From Curvularia clavata (lineage: Eukaryota), in assembly GCA_023920165.1 (NCBI GenBank), contig CP089274.1, positions 4,836,001-4,900,000 on the forward strand: a DNA stretch of 64,000 nt. The letters run 5' to 3'. The notes below the pieces were generated by a model that was not told the DNA's origin, ran no database searches, and was given only the letters and a program-made list of their open reading frames with translations. Below are positions 25,924 through 38,686 of the stretch, in pieces (positions within the stretch are counted from its first letter, which is position 1; every line of letters begins with the position of its first letter). Both the position numbers and the translations under genes were made by a program.

Positions 25924-27579
25924 ATGGGTGGTGATAGCAGACCGAAGAAAAAGCGAAGAGGCGGACCCCGAAGCAGAACTGGTACGTGTTACTAATATCG
26001 ACACTGGCACTTAATCATTGACTAACTAAACCAAGGCTGGTTTGTTTGATACTTTCGACATTTCGGTGTAAGTTGTGTTGACTTTGTTGTTCCAGTGCTA
26101 CATGCAAGCGGCGCCACACTCGCTGCGACGAAAAAAGACCCATTTGCGGAAATTGTGAGCGTCTAAAACTCGAATGCGAGCAGTCAGAAGACAGTGGCGC
26201 TATGCTCCCCGTCAATCCATCTCTGGTTGAATTCGACCAAGATACGCCTTCACTGGTTGATGTGTTCAAGCTGCGTATGAACGATCTAGAGTTGCCCGAA
26301 GATCAATCACCGATTCAAAGCTACATACCAGTAGATCTATCACCAGCGGGATCGGCCAGGCAGAATAGCCCCAAACCAAAAATACAACTAACCTCAGAAA
26401 GCGCCTTCCTTTTACAGACATACGTACGCACCGTTGCTACTTGGATGGATATATTCGATCACGGTTCTACCTACCAGCACAAAGTCCCACAGCTTGTCCT
26501 AGCATCACCACTGTTGTTTCACTGTGTGTGTGCCTTTACAGCCAATCATTTAGCTCTCTCGAACTCCAGTCATAATCCATCGTGGAAACTATGCGCCGTG
26601 AGGCATTACGGTGAGGCTTTGCGTCTACTAATCGAAGCTCTGAGTATGCCAGCACATGAGCATGCGTTGACAGCAAGTATGCTATTGTTGAGCTATGAAA
26701 TTCATGGTGCGCTGCGGTCAGAGGATTATAGAAGACATTACCTTGGTCTTGTGAGCCTCGTCAAATCACGAAACGTCACTGCGCAATCGACTGGAACTGA
26801 TCTTGCCAACTTTTGGATATATGTGCGACATGAGATTGTCGTTGCCATGGCAGGTGAGCAGCCACTGATATTCAACCCTGCCGAATGGGGAGTCTCATGG
26901 GTGGAGGGGGAGACGAGAGAGGACGTCCTCGGAAACCATGTTCTTTGGATACTAGCAAGAGTGATCAATTTGGTTTTTGGACCAGATGGTAACACTGAAG
27001 TTGGTAAAACACAGCGACAAGACTTTTTGCAGGAGATAGAAATATGGCGACGAGGCCTTTCTGAAACCTTCGTTGGTATTCCATACGGGGAAAAGGATGA
27101 GGATGGTTTCTGTAAAGTTTATTTTCCGGTTGCTGCTGCCGCGGCTGCAGCTTTCTGTACGACTGCCCTTACCACCGCCAGTTACTCACGAGATGCTGAT
27201 GTACCAGGGTATCATATCGCGCACATTCTTCTTTATGCCGAACCAGTTTTGCAGGACGATACCTACATTCCCCTGATCCAGGAACAGGCTATCAAAGTCA
27301 CCGACATAGCCATTTCAGACTTTCCTCCATCCTTGATGGTCTTCTCCACACATGGCTTGTTCTATGGTACGTGTTTAAATACTGCCGCGGGCATAAGAAA
27401 TGAAGCTTTCCCTATTCAGCTGACGCTATGAGGGTGCAGCGGCCAAACATATCCAAGGAATCTCGCGGAAAGCGCGTATCTGGAATGTATTGAACGAAGT
27501 CGAAACTGAGACCGGTTACAACACGAGAGCGACGGTCAGGCTTCTCCAGTCACTGGTCGAGAAAGAGACGCATCTTTGA
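25924..27579 (+). CDS. Zn(II)2Cys6 transcription factor with fungal TF domain
   Basis: Spliced RSRTG-CATCKRRHTRCDEKRPICGNCERLKLEC via a 4-nt exon (26036-26039). Main ORF 26202-27431. Last exon ends in TGA at 27579. Confidence 0.85.
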
Positions 27580-28661
27580 GGCAAATTCATATCGTATATC
27601 ATTTTCCCTGCCGTGGCTTAATTTTGTTTATATTTGAAGCCAGCAACTGAGCGAAAACTGACATCACCAGCATTTCGTATGATGATAGAACCTAGCCCGT
27701 GACAAATTTCAGAGATATCAAACCTCACATTACAGATTCTGTTAACTAAAGTACACTTTGTCAAATGCATCGGCATTGAGGATTATCACATACGGTATCA
27801 CGTGACATATATATACTCGAGTCAAGAAACCCATGTTTCTAGGGCACCGTCGCCCCACAAGAAAGAAAAAAAACGGGGGTCCAGCTCAACGGAACCTTGG
27901 GAAAGTGCAGATAATTGCCGAATATATTTCAACAATAGAGCCTTGGTTTCTGCAGTCCGCCACAAACCAAGCGAAGATGCCGCATGGCCTCTCAAATAAA
28001 TCAGTCCAAATAAGTCTCCCCAAGCTATTCCTTTTCTTTCTTAACACAATTGTGTGGCGGTGATGCTGATGTAACGTTGATGGGTCAGACGTGGACACGC
28101 GTTTTCGGGCGGGCGAGAAAGCGGGTCTTGGCATTTGTTACCGATACTACTGCCTGCGCTAAACAACTCACACCGACCCTTGCCCACTATTCACCTCGAC
28201 CGCGTTATTGATATTTGTCCGTCTTTTGGCTTCTTTGATTCCGATAATACGCCGTGTATCCTTTGACGAATGTTGGCCCATTCTCCTACCTGAGTAAGGC
28301 ATGCCCTCCACCCGCAAACCCCTTTTTCATAGCAATCAATACAACCAGTCGCTGTGAAACAAGAACTCGGTGAGATGGCTGAAGTGAGATTCTCTACTTC
28401 CTTTCGCTGGCTTGATCGAGGACGAAGTGAAGAATACCCTTCATGGCCCATGAGAAACATTGTTTCTCAACGGGAGCAGCCGCAAAACGCATTGTCTCAA
28501 ACAATCAACTCCGCTTCATAGGAACAGTGAGATTCGACAAATCGACACCACCTACAACCGTTTGCCTCTGTTTCATACAAGTCGGTTGATCGCAGAATTC
28601 GCTTGCTTCACAAACCAACTTTTATCCGACAACAACCTTCTGGGATACTAACTACGCCCAG

Positions 28662-30501
28662 AATGGATCCTTTCAGGTATCGCAAGGCATATGAGGCGAT
28701 GCTGCATACGACGCAGCTCATTGAGGATCGATTACGGCAAGACTTGCAGCCTGAGGAAGAAATTTCTGCTGAGGATGAAGCGCCTAAGACTGCTGTTCTG
28801 GGGCAAGATCCTGATAGCATGGACTGGACACCCACAGAGTCAGTGACTCCACCACCAGAATGTGGACCGCCGCCACCTTTGTCTAAGAAGATGCGACACC
28901 TTCTGCCTGGAGGGGGTGATGGCGATGTACAAGCCGAAGACACAGGCGAGAACGCAGTGCTCCTCCACAAAATGAAGGAGGGCAAGATCATGGATGAATG
29001 TATCGACAAGCTAGTCCATGATCTACCGGATGTGTTGAGCTATCAAAAATCGTTATCTTTCACTCCCTCCACGATCGAAGTGCCCAAGGACTTCGGCCTA
29101 CAGCTGAGCATTTCGATCAATCATCATCTTGCTCAAATAGCCGACCGCAAAGCGTTAGAGAAGTACCGGAGACTGCTCGGTCATCGCAAAGAGCACTCGA
29201 AGAAGAAACCTGTGAAACTTGGATTTGATCCAGTTGACCTGATCAAGAAGCGAGCTGTTGCCTTTGGAGAGAATGAACCAACACCAGTGTGTACACTCGA
29301 TAACGACATACACCCAATATTTCGCTTAGAAAATTGGCATGGATGTCCCGATGGGATTTATGAGGTGATGAAACCAGCTCTGCAGCTTGCCACATTGCTC
29401 TTGACATCCCGAGCAACAGCTCACTTCTGGCATACTCTTGTTTTTGGGAAGCGAGAGCGTTGTCAAGAAACTTCATCAGCGTATGGCCAACCATGCTTTC
29501 GTATCAAAGAAGACGTAACATGGTCTGAGGAACGCAACACAATATTCAGAGATTTCTTGAGCAACCAAGTGGATACGCTGCACTTCTACTTTCATCACGA
29601 TCCTTTACCACCAGAGACAGCATACGCTTCAATGGGTTTGGTCAAGGATTATAAGAATGGCCTGATGCGGAAGATGAACCACAAATGTCATAATAGCCGC
29701 ATATGCTTACACTCGGACTTCTACACGACCGCCAAAAAGCTCAGCTTGCTACGATATCGAGAACCAGCTATGGTGTTGCGATACAACATGTTTTTAGCTA
29801 CATGTTTGGCGCATGAAGTAGCTCATTTCTGCGAAGTTTCTGGACCACACCACGATCACCCTTTGCTTTCTGAGCCAGAAGTTTTCTTTGGCGACAACAT
29901 GTGGACTGAAAGCGGCATCTCCTTCGAATTGAAGATCTTTGGTGGTCGCATACATCCGCTATCTAGCCGGATCGATTGTAAATTTGGATTGGCTTGCCTC
30001 GACTACCCACTCAAAGAGCTCTACGATAAGGACGATAATATCTTGTATGCTTTACCAATGGATTACATTCTCAAACTCCAACAGAAGGAGACGTGGGAAC
30101 AAGACTTCAGCGAGGCCGGTAATGATATCTTCTTCGTACCCCGCACTGGTGGTAGATCGATTGAGATCAATGGTACCAATCTCATGATCTGGGAGGACGA
30201 AAATGATGCGGATATATCAGATCATATTGACAACGAAGATACGGAATGGATGCGCATGGATGATGGCTCGATCGCGAGGAACCCAAAAGCCAGTAATCGC
30301 AAGCCGCAACGTCAGCCCGTGGTACCACGATGGAATCCGTACAACAACCATAAGAGAAAGAATGCTGTTGAGGCAACTGCGCCGTGTGTCTCTAAAGAAG
30401 TAGTTGAGATCAACGACGAGGAAGAACAAGTACCACAACATCTGGAGCTACCGGAAGACTCAGAGGCTGGCAAGGGTGGCTCAGACCAGGATATGATTTG
30501 A
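28662..30501 (+). CDS. Hypothetical protein with HExxH motif (zincin-like)
   Basis: Intronless ORF of ~610 aa from ATG 28662. 'ATCLAHEVAHFCE' is followed by 'EPEVFF..ESGISFELKIFGG'. Confidence 0.7.
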
Positions 30502-30945
30502 GTCTGCCTTTTTATTTGTTTTGGATCGACCGGAAAATACTAGGAAAAGGCAAATGGAAGGGAGGAACTGTCGCATTTACTATAGTCATCATTTCTGTTT
30601 GGATACCATTGCATCTGCGAAGTATGCGGTTATGTTAAGCTCAAATAATCACAGGACGAGTCAAAACTAGTTTGAAACGCTTTTATATGATAAGACGTAC
30701 TACACTGAGTGTCTTTTTTACACCTCTAGCCTGTGCTCTGTGAGAAATCAGCGACCTGTAGACCAGAAGATGGTGAAGAACGGGTGAACTTGACCAATTT
30801 AGAGCTAGCGCAGCGTGTTCGCTTAGGCCGCAGCGTGAATCTTGGCAGAGTCACTGAGTCCGAATTCTGCTTCTTGACAACGACGGACGCCCAACGATAG
30901 CATTCCCGCCGCGCCCTCTCCACGACGTATACCCCCGACTTTAAG

Positions 30946-32219
30946 ATGGCGGATACTCAGAAAGATGCGCTGTTCAAGGCAGTGCAGATTGACGCCCTGG
31001 TACGTAGGAAAAGCGCAGAAGCAGCACCCCACTGTGCGCCCCGCCATTGTGCCATCAACATCAACACCACTATGAACGTGGTTTTCGGTATGCCTGTCGC
31101 AAGTATGAGGAGCTGACTTTTGGCCTCAGGTTGCGATTAAGATTGCCACTGCGAGTGGCAAGACCTTCCCTTCAATCGCGACTGGCAGCATAGTCGGTAT
31201 GGAGAAGAATGGGGTTCTGGAAATCACAAACTCTTTCCCCTTCCCAGACGTATCTCCTGCACAGGCGGACGGACAGAACGAGACGGCCGCAAATCTCGCC
31301 GCAGCTGCTCCCCGCGCCAAGCAGAACATCGCCTACAGCAACGAGATGATCAAGTTCCTCCGTGAGGTCAACGTGGATGCAAACAACGTGGGCTGGTATA
31401 CCAGCACGAGTATGGGCAACTTTGTCAACCTGAACACCATCGAGAACCAATATTTCTACCAGAGCCAGCCGAACGAGAGGACTGTCGCTTTGGTCTACGA
31501 TGTGAGCAGGAGCTCACAGGGCACCTTGAACCTGCGCGCATACAGGCTATCGTCTTCTTTCATGACGGCATACAAGGAGGGCAAGTTCACGACTGAAAGG
31601 TATACAGGTACAAATCGCCCGTCTCAAGAGTTAAGCTAACGACTACAGCCTGCAAAAGAGCGGTCTCCGCTACCACGATATTCTGGTCGAGCTCCCTGTC
31701 ACCATTCACAACTCGCATCTCCTCACCTCCCTCCTGCACCAGCTGCCTTCGAGTGCACCAAAGGAGGAGCTCAAGTTCCCATCCAACCTGGCTGCCCTGC
31801 AGCAAGATCCCAACGTCCCCCAGCCGCCCCTCTTCCCGAACTACGACTCGCTTGATCTCTCCATAGATCCTTTCCTCGAGAAGACTTGCGACCTACTCCT
31901 TGAGAGCATAGAGAATCACCACACGGAGATCAACAATTACCAGTACTACCAGCGATCCCTCGCTCGTGAGCAGGCCAAGATTACCGCCTGGCAACAGAAG
32001 CGCAAGGCTGAGAATGCCGCGCGAACTGCCTCTAAGCAAGCTCTGCTTCCAGAAGACGAGTGGCAAAGACTATTCAAGCTGCCCCAGGAGCCTAGCAGGC
32101 TGGAGACGCTCCTTAACTCGAGACAGGTCGAGCAATACTCCAGACAAGTGGACGGCTTCACTGCAGGTGTCACCTCCAAGATGTTTGCTGTCAAGAGCAA
32201 CTTGCTGCCTGGCGAGTAA
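30946..32219 (+). CDS. eIF3h: Eukaryotic translation initiation factor 3 subunit H (MPN domain)
   Basis: '[56 protein letters not shown]', C-terminal '[14 protein letters not shown]'. Two introns. Confidence 0.92.
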
Positions 32220-32687
32220 ATGATGGTGGTTCTGATTGTGTTTCATGATAATGCTTCTCTTCGTCACGGCATGGGCATGGCGTTGCGGGTTAGCGGTCCC
32301 TTTGAAGGGACTGGGTTTGATCTTTTAGATGGAAGGAAAACAGTGGATATGGAGGAGACATTTGTAGCGTTTGCTTGAGTGTCGAGATGACAAAAGTTCG
32401 CAGTGCTGCAAAAGTGTTGAAGCTCAAATACCGCTGGGCCGAGTGGCGGCTGGGTACTGTTTTGGGCGCGTGGGACGACAACTGCCACATACAGTACGGA
32501 ATCAGACAAACAAGTAATCAACACACTTTCGCGATATGGAACAAGTGCTCTGCATTGTGAAGTGCGTATCTGTAGTGGCTATACTCAGCCGTAGTAGCCG
32601 GTAAGTCGGATATCGGAAACTATCGGTGGAGCTGCCTCTCTCACGAAAACGGCTTGGGCTAAAGCAGCGTCCAACACCGGCGCCATC

Positions 32688-35416
32688 ATGCAACAAGCCT
32701 CCTCGCCTGTTCTCCAGCAGCAGCTTCGACTGCACCCTGAGTCCCTTCAGGCGCTTCACCAGCCTCCAGACGGAACGCTGTACCCCCACCACCAGGGGCT
32801 GCCCGAGCTCCAGAACCTCGACAACAGCGATGTATACCAACAACAATACGCCCTGAGCGGACCACCCCAACCACCACAACCTTCGTCGCATGGATTGCCG
32901 GTACACTTTGAGCAGCGCGGACTGCCACCCGCCGGGCCATATCCACCGTTCCCAGCCGCGAGCTACCAGCAACATGTCACGAGTCCACGATTCATAAATG
33001 CGCCACCTCCCCCGCTACAAGAACACGTTCAACATTACCATGCCTCTCCGCCTCAGCCTGTGCAAAGACCCATTCAACAGGTTCCCTTCCCACCATCCGC
33101 ACCACCTGCGCTCCCGCCGACGCATCCCCTACCACAGCATGTCGAGCCGGGACCTCCTCAGCCGCAGCAGCAACAGGAAGGGCGCGACGGGTATGTTCAC
33201 ATTGGTCTCAACGCTTCTAGCCGTGTTGGAGAGGTTTGTATGCATACAGGCAGTAAATGCGCTGCAGGGAATCTGTACAAACTCTTTCAGCACGCTCGGA
33301 GGCGTATTTTGCTATTTTGTGGAATGTATGCTAATTGAAGACAGGGACGAGGCGCCGTTTTCGAACCATGGTCAATTTCAAGGACTTAAGCTTATTCCGA
33401 ACCCACCAAACCTGCAAGAGTGGAGAGAGAAGTTATTTCACGTCGATGAAATGATCACATTGACTGAGGAGCAGTAAGATTTCTAATGCCAATTGCCATA
33501 GTTGCTTTCTAAGCCAAGTCTAGATTCCAAACCTACTTCCCACACATCGATAACATCTACTCGCATCGCTCGACGCAGAAGCACAAACGCAAGCGCTTTG
33601 TATCACACTATTGGGATTGTCGGCTAAAGGGGCGTCCACCAGGGACCAAGAAATCTACGGATCCGGACAAGAAAAAGCGCAAGAGAATTGCCCGAGAACG
33701 AGATTTGTGCGATGTGAAGATCAAAATCACAGAGTTTTTTGATCGGCAAGAGTATGAGGAACAGCTAGGACATCGACCACCAGGCACCGAGAACGACCCA
33801 CCAAGTTCAATAGCCACACACGCACCCGTGAACCCAAGTCCAGTAGATGGTCAGAATCAGAACCCAAATCCACAGTTCTTTGGACAAGGGCCTCTCCTGC
33901 CACAACAGCCAGCTGGAGGCTGGGATATGCCTCCAAACATGGGTGATCAGTCCGGGATGAATATGCAGCAGTTTATACCCCAGCCTAATCCTCCACCCCA
34001 AAAGTTTTACACATTCCAGAGGGTGAATGGGAATGGTGGAAACGGTAAGGGCGACGGCGTTGCTGGGCCGCATAAACATACTCTTGAAGAGAGTGACCGA
34101 GTGAAGAAGAATAGTGTCATTAGGTGGCAGATGAAATTAGACAAAGACGACAAAAAGAAATCACAGGTAAGAGTCTTTCTATCCTTCTGCGCTGCGCCTT
34201 ACTTTCCCACCCTGTTGACTTCTCTGACCATGGTGGTGCGCAAAGACGATCTACCATGCCAGCGAATCAAGTGCATACGTCATCTTGATGCTTGCTAAGG
34301 ATGCCATCCACCTCGTCACTCTATATGTATGGTTTTGCGCTGTTTTTGCACACACCTGCATTCTTGCCCGGCCTTGTCCATAAAACACTCCCATGGTACT
34401 ATACCACACCACTGATGCCATTTGTGTTCAACCCCTTTTATACTATTGCTCGTCATATTCGACCCCTTTGCACTAGTCGTCTTATACTCCCTCAATTTTT
34501 TTCTTATCGAATCGCGACTACATCTGTACGGCACAAAATGACCGATACCAATCAGGGCGGAGATTCTTCCAAGAAGACATATCACAAAAAGGCAACTGGT
34601 AATGCTTTGACGACTGTAAAAAATCACTCCAAAGAGGATGATCTGAAGCTATATGGCAGTGCATTTTGGTAAGTCTTAAATTGACAGTTGGAGACCCAGC
34701 GGCACAGTTAGATGACGTCATACTCGCGATGCTAACATGACCGAAGCCCTTTTGTGCAGCGTGTGTGGATATCACTAGAGCACAAGCAAATACCATATCA
34801 GTATATCGAAGTCGATCCCTACAAAAAGCCACAAAGTCTTCTTGATGTCAATCCACGTGGTCTGGTACCTGCAATCAGACATGGTCCAACATGGTCAACT
34901 CACGAGTCCACTGTGATCATGGAGTATCTTGAAGACCTCCAGGTTGGACCGCCACTTCTACCTCCCGATGCTCAGACCCGCGCTACTTCGCGTCTCTGGA
35001 CTGATCATATCAACCGCCACATCATCCCATGGTTCTACAAACTGCTCCAAGCTCAGGATCAAAGTGATCAAGTCTCCCACGCCACCGAGCTTCGCAATCA
35101 GATCGGAAAGCTCGTTGATGCCGCAGATCCCACTGGGCCTTTCTTCCTTGGTCCTCAAATCTCTTTCGTAGACGTACAAATCGCACCCTGGATCATCCGA
35201 TTACGAAGAGTACTAGGTCCATATAGGGGATGGCCAGAGGCCGAGGTAGGAAGTAGGTGGAGACAATGGATTGATGCTATTGAAGCGGACAGGAGCGTAG
35301 AAATGACCACGAGTACAGACGATCTTTACCTGGATAGTTATGAGAGGTATGCGGAGAATAGGCCGGGCACGAGTCAACTTGCGGATGCTGTCAACAGTGG
35401 ACGAGGGTTGCCTTAA
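32688..35416 (+). CDS. Zinc-finger-like (C..C..HxH) N-terminal domain plus C-terminal glutathione S-transferase; one fused gene or two adjacent genes
   Basis: Exons 32688-33190, 33345-33473, 33524-34166, 34556-34668, 34747-35416. GST part has 'YGSAFCPFVQRVWISLEHK', 'NPRGLVP', 'ESTVIMEYLED' and 'ISFVDVQIAPW'. Confidence 0.75.
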
Positions 35417-36036
35417 GCTTGAGTTTCGCGTGGGGTCTAGTAATGTATATTTGGAAATTGGAATGAAAGCTTATGGTCTTCTATAATCATGCTTCCTATA
35501 GCTGCTAATAAAAAATTGGTCGAGGCTAGCTCATATAGAACAGTAATTGTGCTGGATCTGGATTTTGTGTAAATCAAATCGTCTTACATTCAAACGTCAT
35601 TTTGCATACCTATCCGCGTCTTTTGCTCAACAATTTATACAGAAGTTTAATTCTAAGCAAACTTGCAGTAATCTAGAAGCATCTCATATGTAGGTACTGT
35701 TGTATGCCATTAGTTAGGATATGGTCGTGTCGACCTATTCTGAACAATGGGGTAAAAGAACCATTTTGAAATTCTCTCTGAGAAAAAACTCTCGAGACGA
35801 AACACAAGAGTAAGTGGACCTTTTCTCATGCTTCTATTACACCTGAGTTTACTAATATTTAATCAGGTGCAATGATCGGAACCATAGATTAGGCACGCGA
35901 GCCCTGGACAGCATTCCGCTAGCGCGTTATAATGAGGGGCACCTGGGCGACCGCGGGGCAGCCCTTCATACGATGAGCAGTCTCAACACCAAATCACTTC
36001 CTGAACCCCCGCAACTTGCAACTTCCGACCACCAAG

Positions 36037-36790
36037 ATGTTTAAGAAAGAGTCAGCTTCACACGCAGCCACTACCTCACAGAATACAAGAAGCTAATCAA
36101 AGCACAGTATAACCCCCGGCGCGAAATCCAAAGTAAAATCCAGCGCGCAACGCGGCATCCGCTCCAAAATCCTCGAGGAATATCCAAAGCTAGAACCATA
36201 CATTGAGGATATTCTACCCAAGAAGGAGCAATTGGATCTGGTCAAGCTGTACGTCCAGCTGTTTTCTTGCTCATTGGCATTTTGTATATCGGCGAGCGGA
36301 CTTTCAATACGCAAAAGGAAAACAGAGAGTAAAGATATCCAGAGAGCTAACGGCAGAGTGCATTAGACCGGACCGTGTATCCCTCTACACCTTAAATTCA
36401 ACGCCGCTATTCTTCCAACACATGGACGATGCGCTCCTCCCTCACCTCACACTCGTGCACAAATACCCGTTTGCGTTCAATCGTCTGCGCATCGACCGTG
36501 GCGCAATCCGCTTCGTGCTATCGGGCGCCACGCTCATGGCCCCAGGTCTCACATCGCCTGGTGGTCGTTTACCAGGCACAGACCTGAGCGACGAGGACAA
36601 AGAGAAGTACGGATCGGAGGACTTGAAGGAGGGTACCGTAGTGGTTATTGAGGCGGAAGGCAAGGAAACGGCGTGTATGGTGGGTGTGCTCAAGATGAGC
36701 ACAGATGAAATGAAGAAGGTCAAGAAGGGTCAGGCATGTGAGGCAGGTCACTATTTGGGAGATGGGCTGTGGGGATTGAAGTTGGATTGA
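36037..36790 (+). CDS. TMA20: Translation machinery-associated protein 20 (MCT-1 homologue, PUA domain)
   Basis: 'MFKKD..SKVKSSAQRGIR', 'LLPHLTLVHKYP', 'DRGAIRFVLSGATLMAPGLTSPGG', 'HYLGDGLW'. Two introns. Confidence 0.92.
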
Positions 36791-37101
36791 GGGATTCGGG
36801 AAGGAAGTGCTCATGCGATAAAAGCACAATGTTTTGAGGTCCGAGATTGAAGCAGCAAAAGGCTGTAGAGATGGCTGGGCTTAAGAGGCTGGATAGACCC
36901 AACAGCTGGTCACAGAAGCACGTCGAGGCTCTACCTGGGAACGAGTTCTGGAGATGCGCCCAGGGGATATAAGTGACAATAGTAATAGCCTTCTGGCAGG
37001 GAGTAAGGAAGAACAAGCGCCAGTAAATATGGTATCATTGTTTTCCTTGTGAATTATGCTTCAAGGCAATTCTGCTATCTCTCATGTTCTAGGTGAGGAC
37101 C

Positions 37102-38296
37102 TTATTGGGGAGCGCCTCCCGCTCCACGGCCAGCTCCAGCGCCTCCAGCTCCGCCCATGAAGTTGCGAGCCCTGTTTTTTTCTCGTTAGCTATTGTAAAT
37201 TCTGTTCTTGAACACTCCACTTACATCTCGGCTATGCTTGGATCGTTCATGAGATCCGAAATATTGGGCATGCCACCGCCGCCGCCACCGCCGCCTCTGC
37301 CTCCACCACCAAATTGCTGAGCCATCTCTGCTATCCTTGGGTTGTTCATGAGGTTGTTCATCATATCAGGGTTGCTCATCAGGTTCTGGGCCATTTGCCT
37401 CATCATCGGGTTCTGCATGAGACCCGCAAGATCGGGCATGCCACCACCGCCTCCGCCACCTCCACCGAGCATGCTAGCCAGCGAGGACAGGTCAGGCATA
37501 CCACCACCACCGCCGCCTCGGGGTGCGTCGGCAGCACCGACATCGCCGCCCTCCTCTTCCACCTTCTTCTTGGCAGTCTCATATCCCCTGCGCATGACCT
37601 CAGAACCGCCACCCTCTGCATCCATGCCGGACTTGTATGCCTCCATAGCACCCTTTGCATCGCCAAGCACAAACTTTGCGAGACCGAGACGTGACCAGGC
37701 CTTGGAGTAGTTGGGGTCGGCAGCAACTGCCATCTCGGCGTCCTCCTTGGCTAGCTCGTGCTTGCCCTGGCCTGAGTACGCGGCGGCGCGGTTGGATAGG
37801 TAGATGGGGTTTAGTGGTATGATTTCCAGAGCAGCAGTGTAGTGCTTGATGGCGGATTCGTAGTCTTTCTTCTTCATGGCCTCATTGCCCAGACCCTTTA
37901 GCCTCTCGGCTTCATCCTTGTTGGGGCCTCCTGGTCCCGATGCGCTCGCAGCAGGCGTTTGTGGTGTTGCTGGACGAGCCTCCTTGGCGGATGAGCTGCC
38001 CTCAGTGCTAGCAGTCGTCTTGCCCTTGAGCTTCTCGTAAACGTTGTAGATTGCGAGCAGGTTCTGGTCGCCAATTGCGTCCTTCTTAGCAGCCTGGTCG
38101 TCAAGGTCGACCTTGAACGCCTCGCTAATGCAGTTGGCGGCAACCTCGAGCTGTTCCGCATCGTCGGGGGCTACTGAGCCATCCTTTTGCGAAGTCTGAA
38201 GGAAATCGATAATCGCGAGCGCAAGGCGCTTCTTCGACTGGAAAGCCTACGACTGTCAGTTATGCCCTACCTGTTTGTAGTGGGGCAGGTTACCAT
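37102..38296 (-). CDS. SGT2: Small glutamine-rich TPR co-chaperone Sgt2
   Basis: N-terminal dimerisation domain 'KKRLALAIIDFL', three TPRs 'YLSNRAAAY..YSKAWSRLG', and a Met/Gly-rich STI1-like C-terminus. The first coding exon is only the ATG (38294-38296). Confidence 0.92.
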
Positions 38297-38686
38297 AATG
38301 GCTGTGTGTGCTGTCTGAAAATGTGTCGCAAAACTGGTTGTGGAGTAAAGTCTAATATTTCACTCTTGCGCTTGACTTTGTAATACGTGTTTCAAGCGGC
38401 ACAGACGTTGTTAGTTGCGAATGTGGCACGCAAGCATTTGGACTCGAAGCTTCGGTCGGTCCATTGGCGGGGCAGCTGGCTAGTGCCAAGCGCTACCTGG
38501 CTTGGAGACATAGTAGACAAGTACATGTCTGACTGTTTAGAAGAACAGGAACAGTTTTCTTGTATATCGGAATTCATATGGTATCATTCACGCTGCTAGA
38601 TGCTATCATGTTACATGTCTACTTTTACAGATGTCCAATGTTATACAACACAGAATAGAAGGTGAGATGGTGGTATCTACGAGTAC

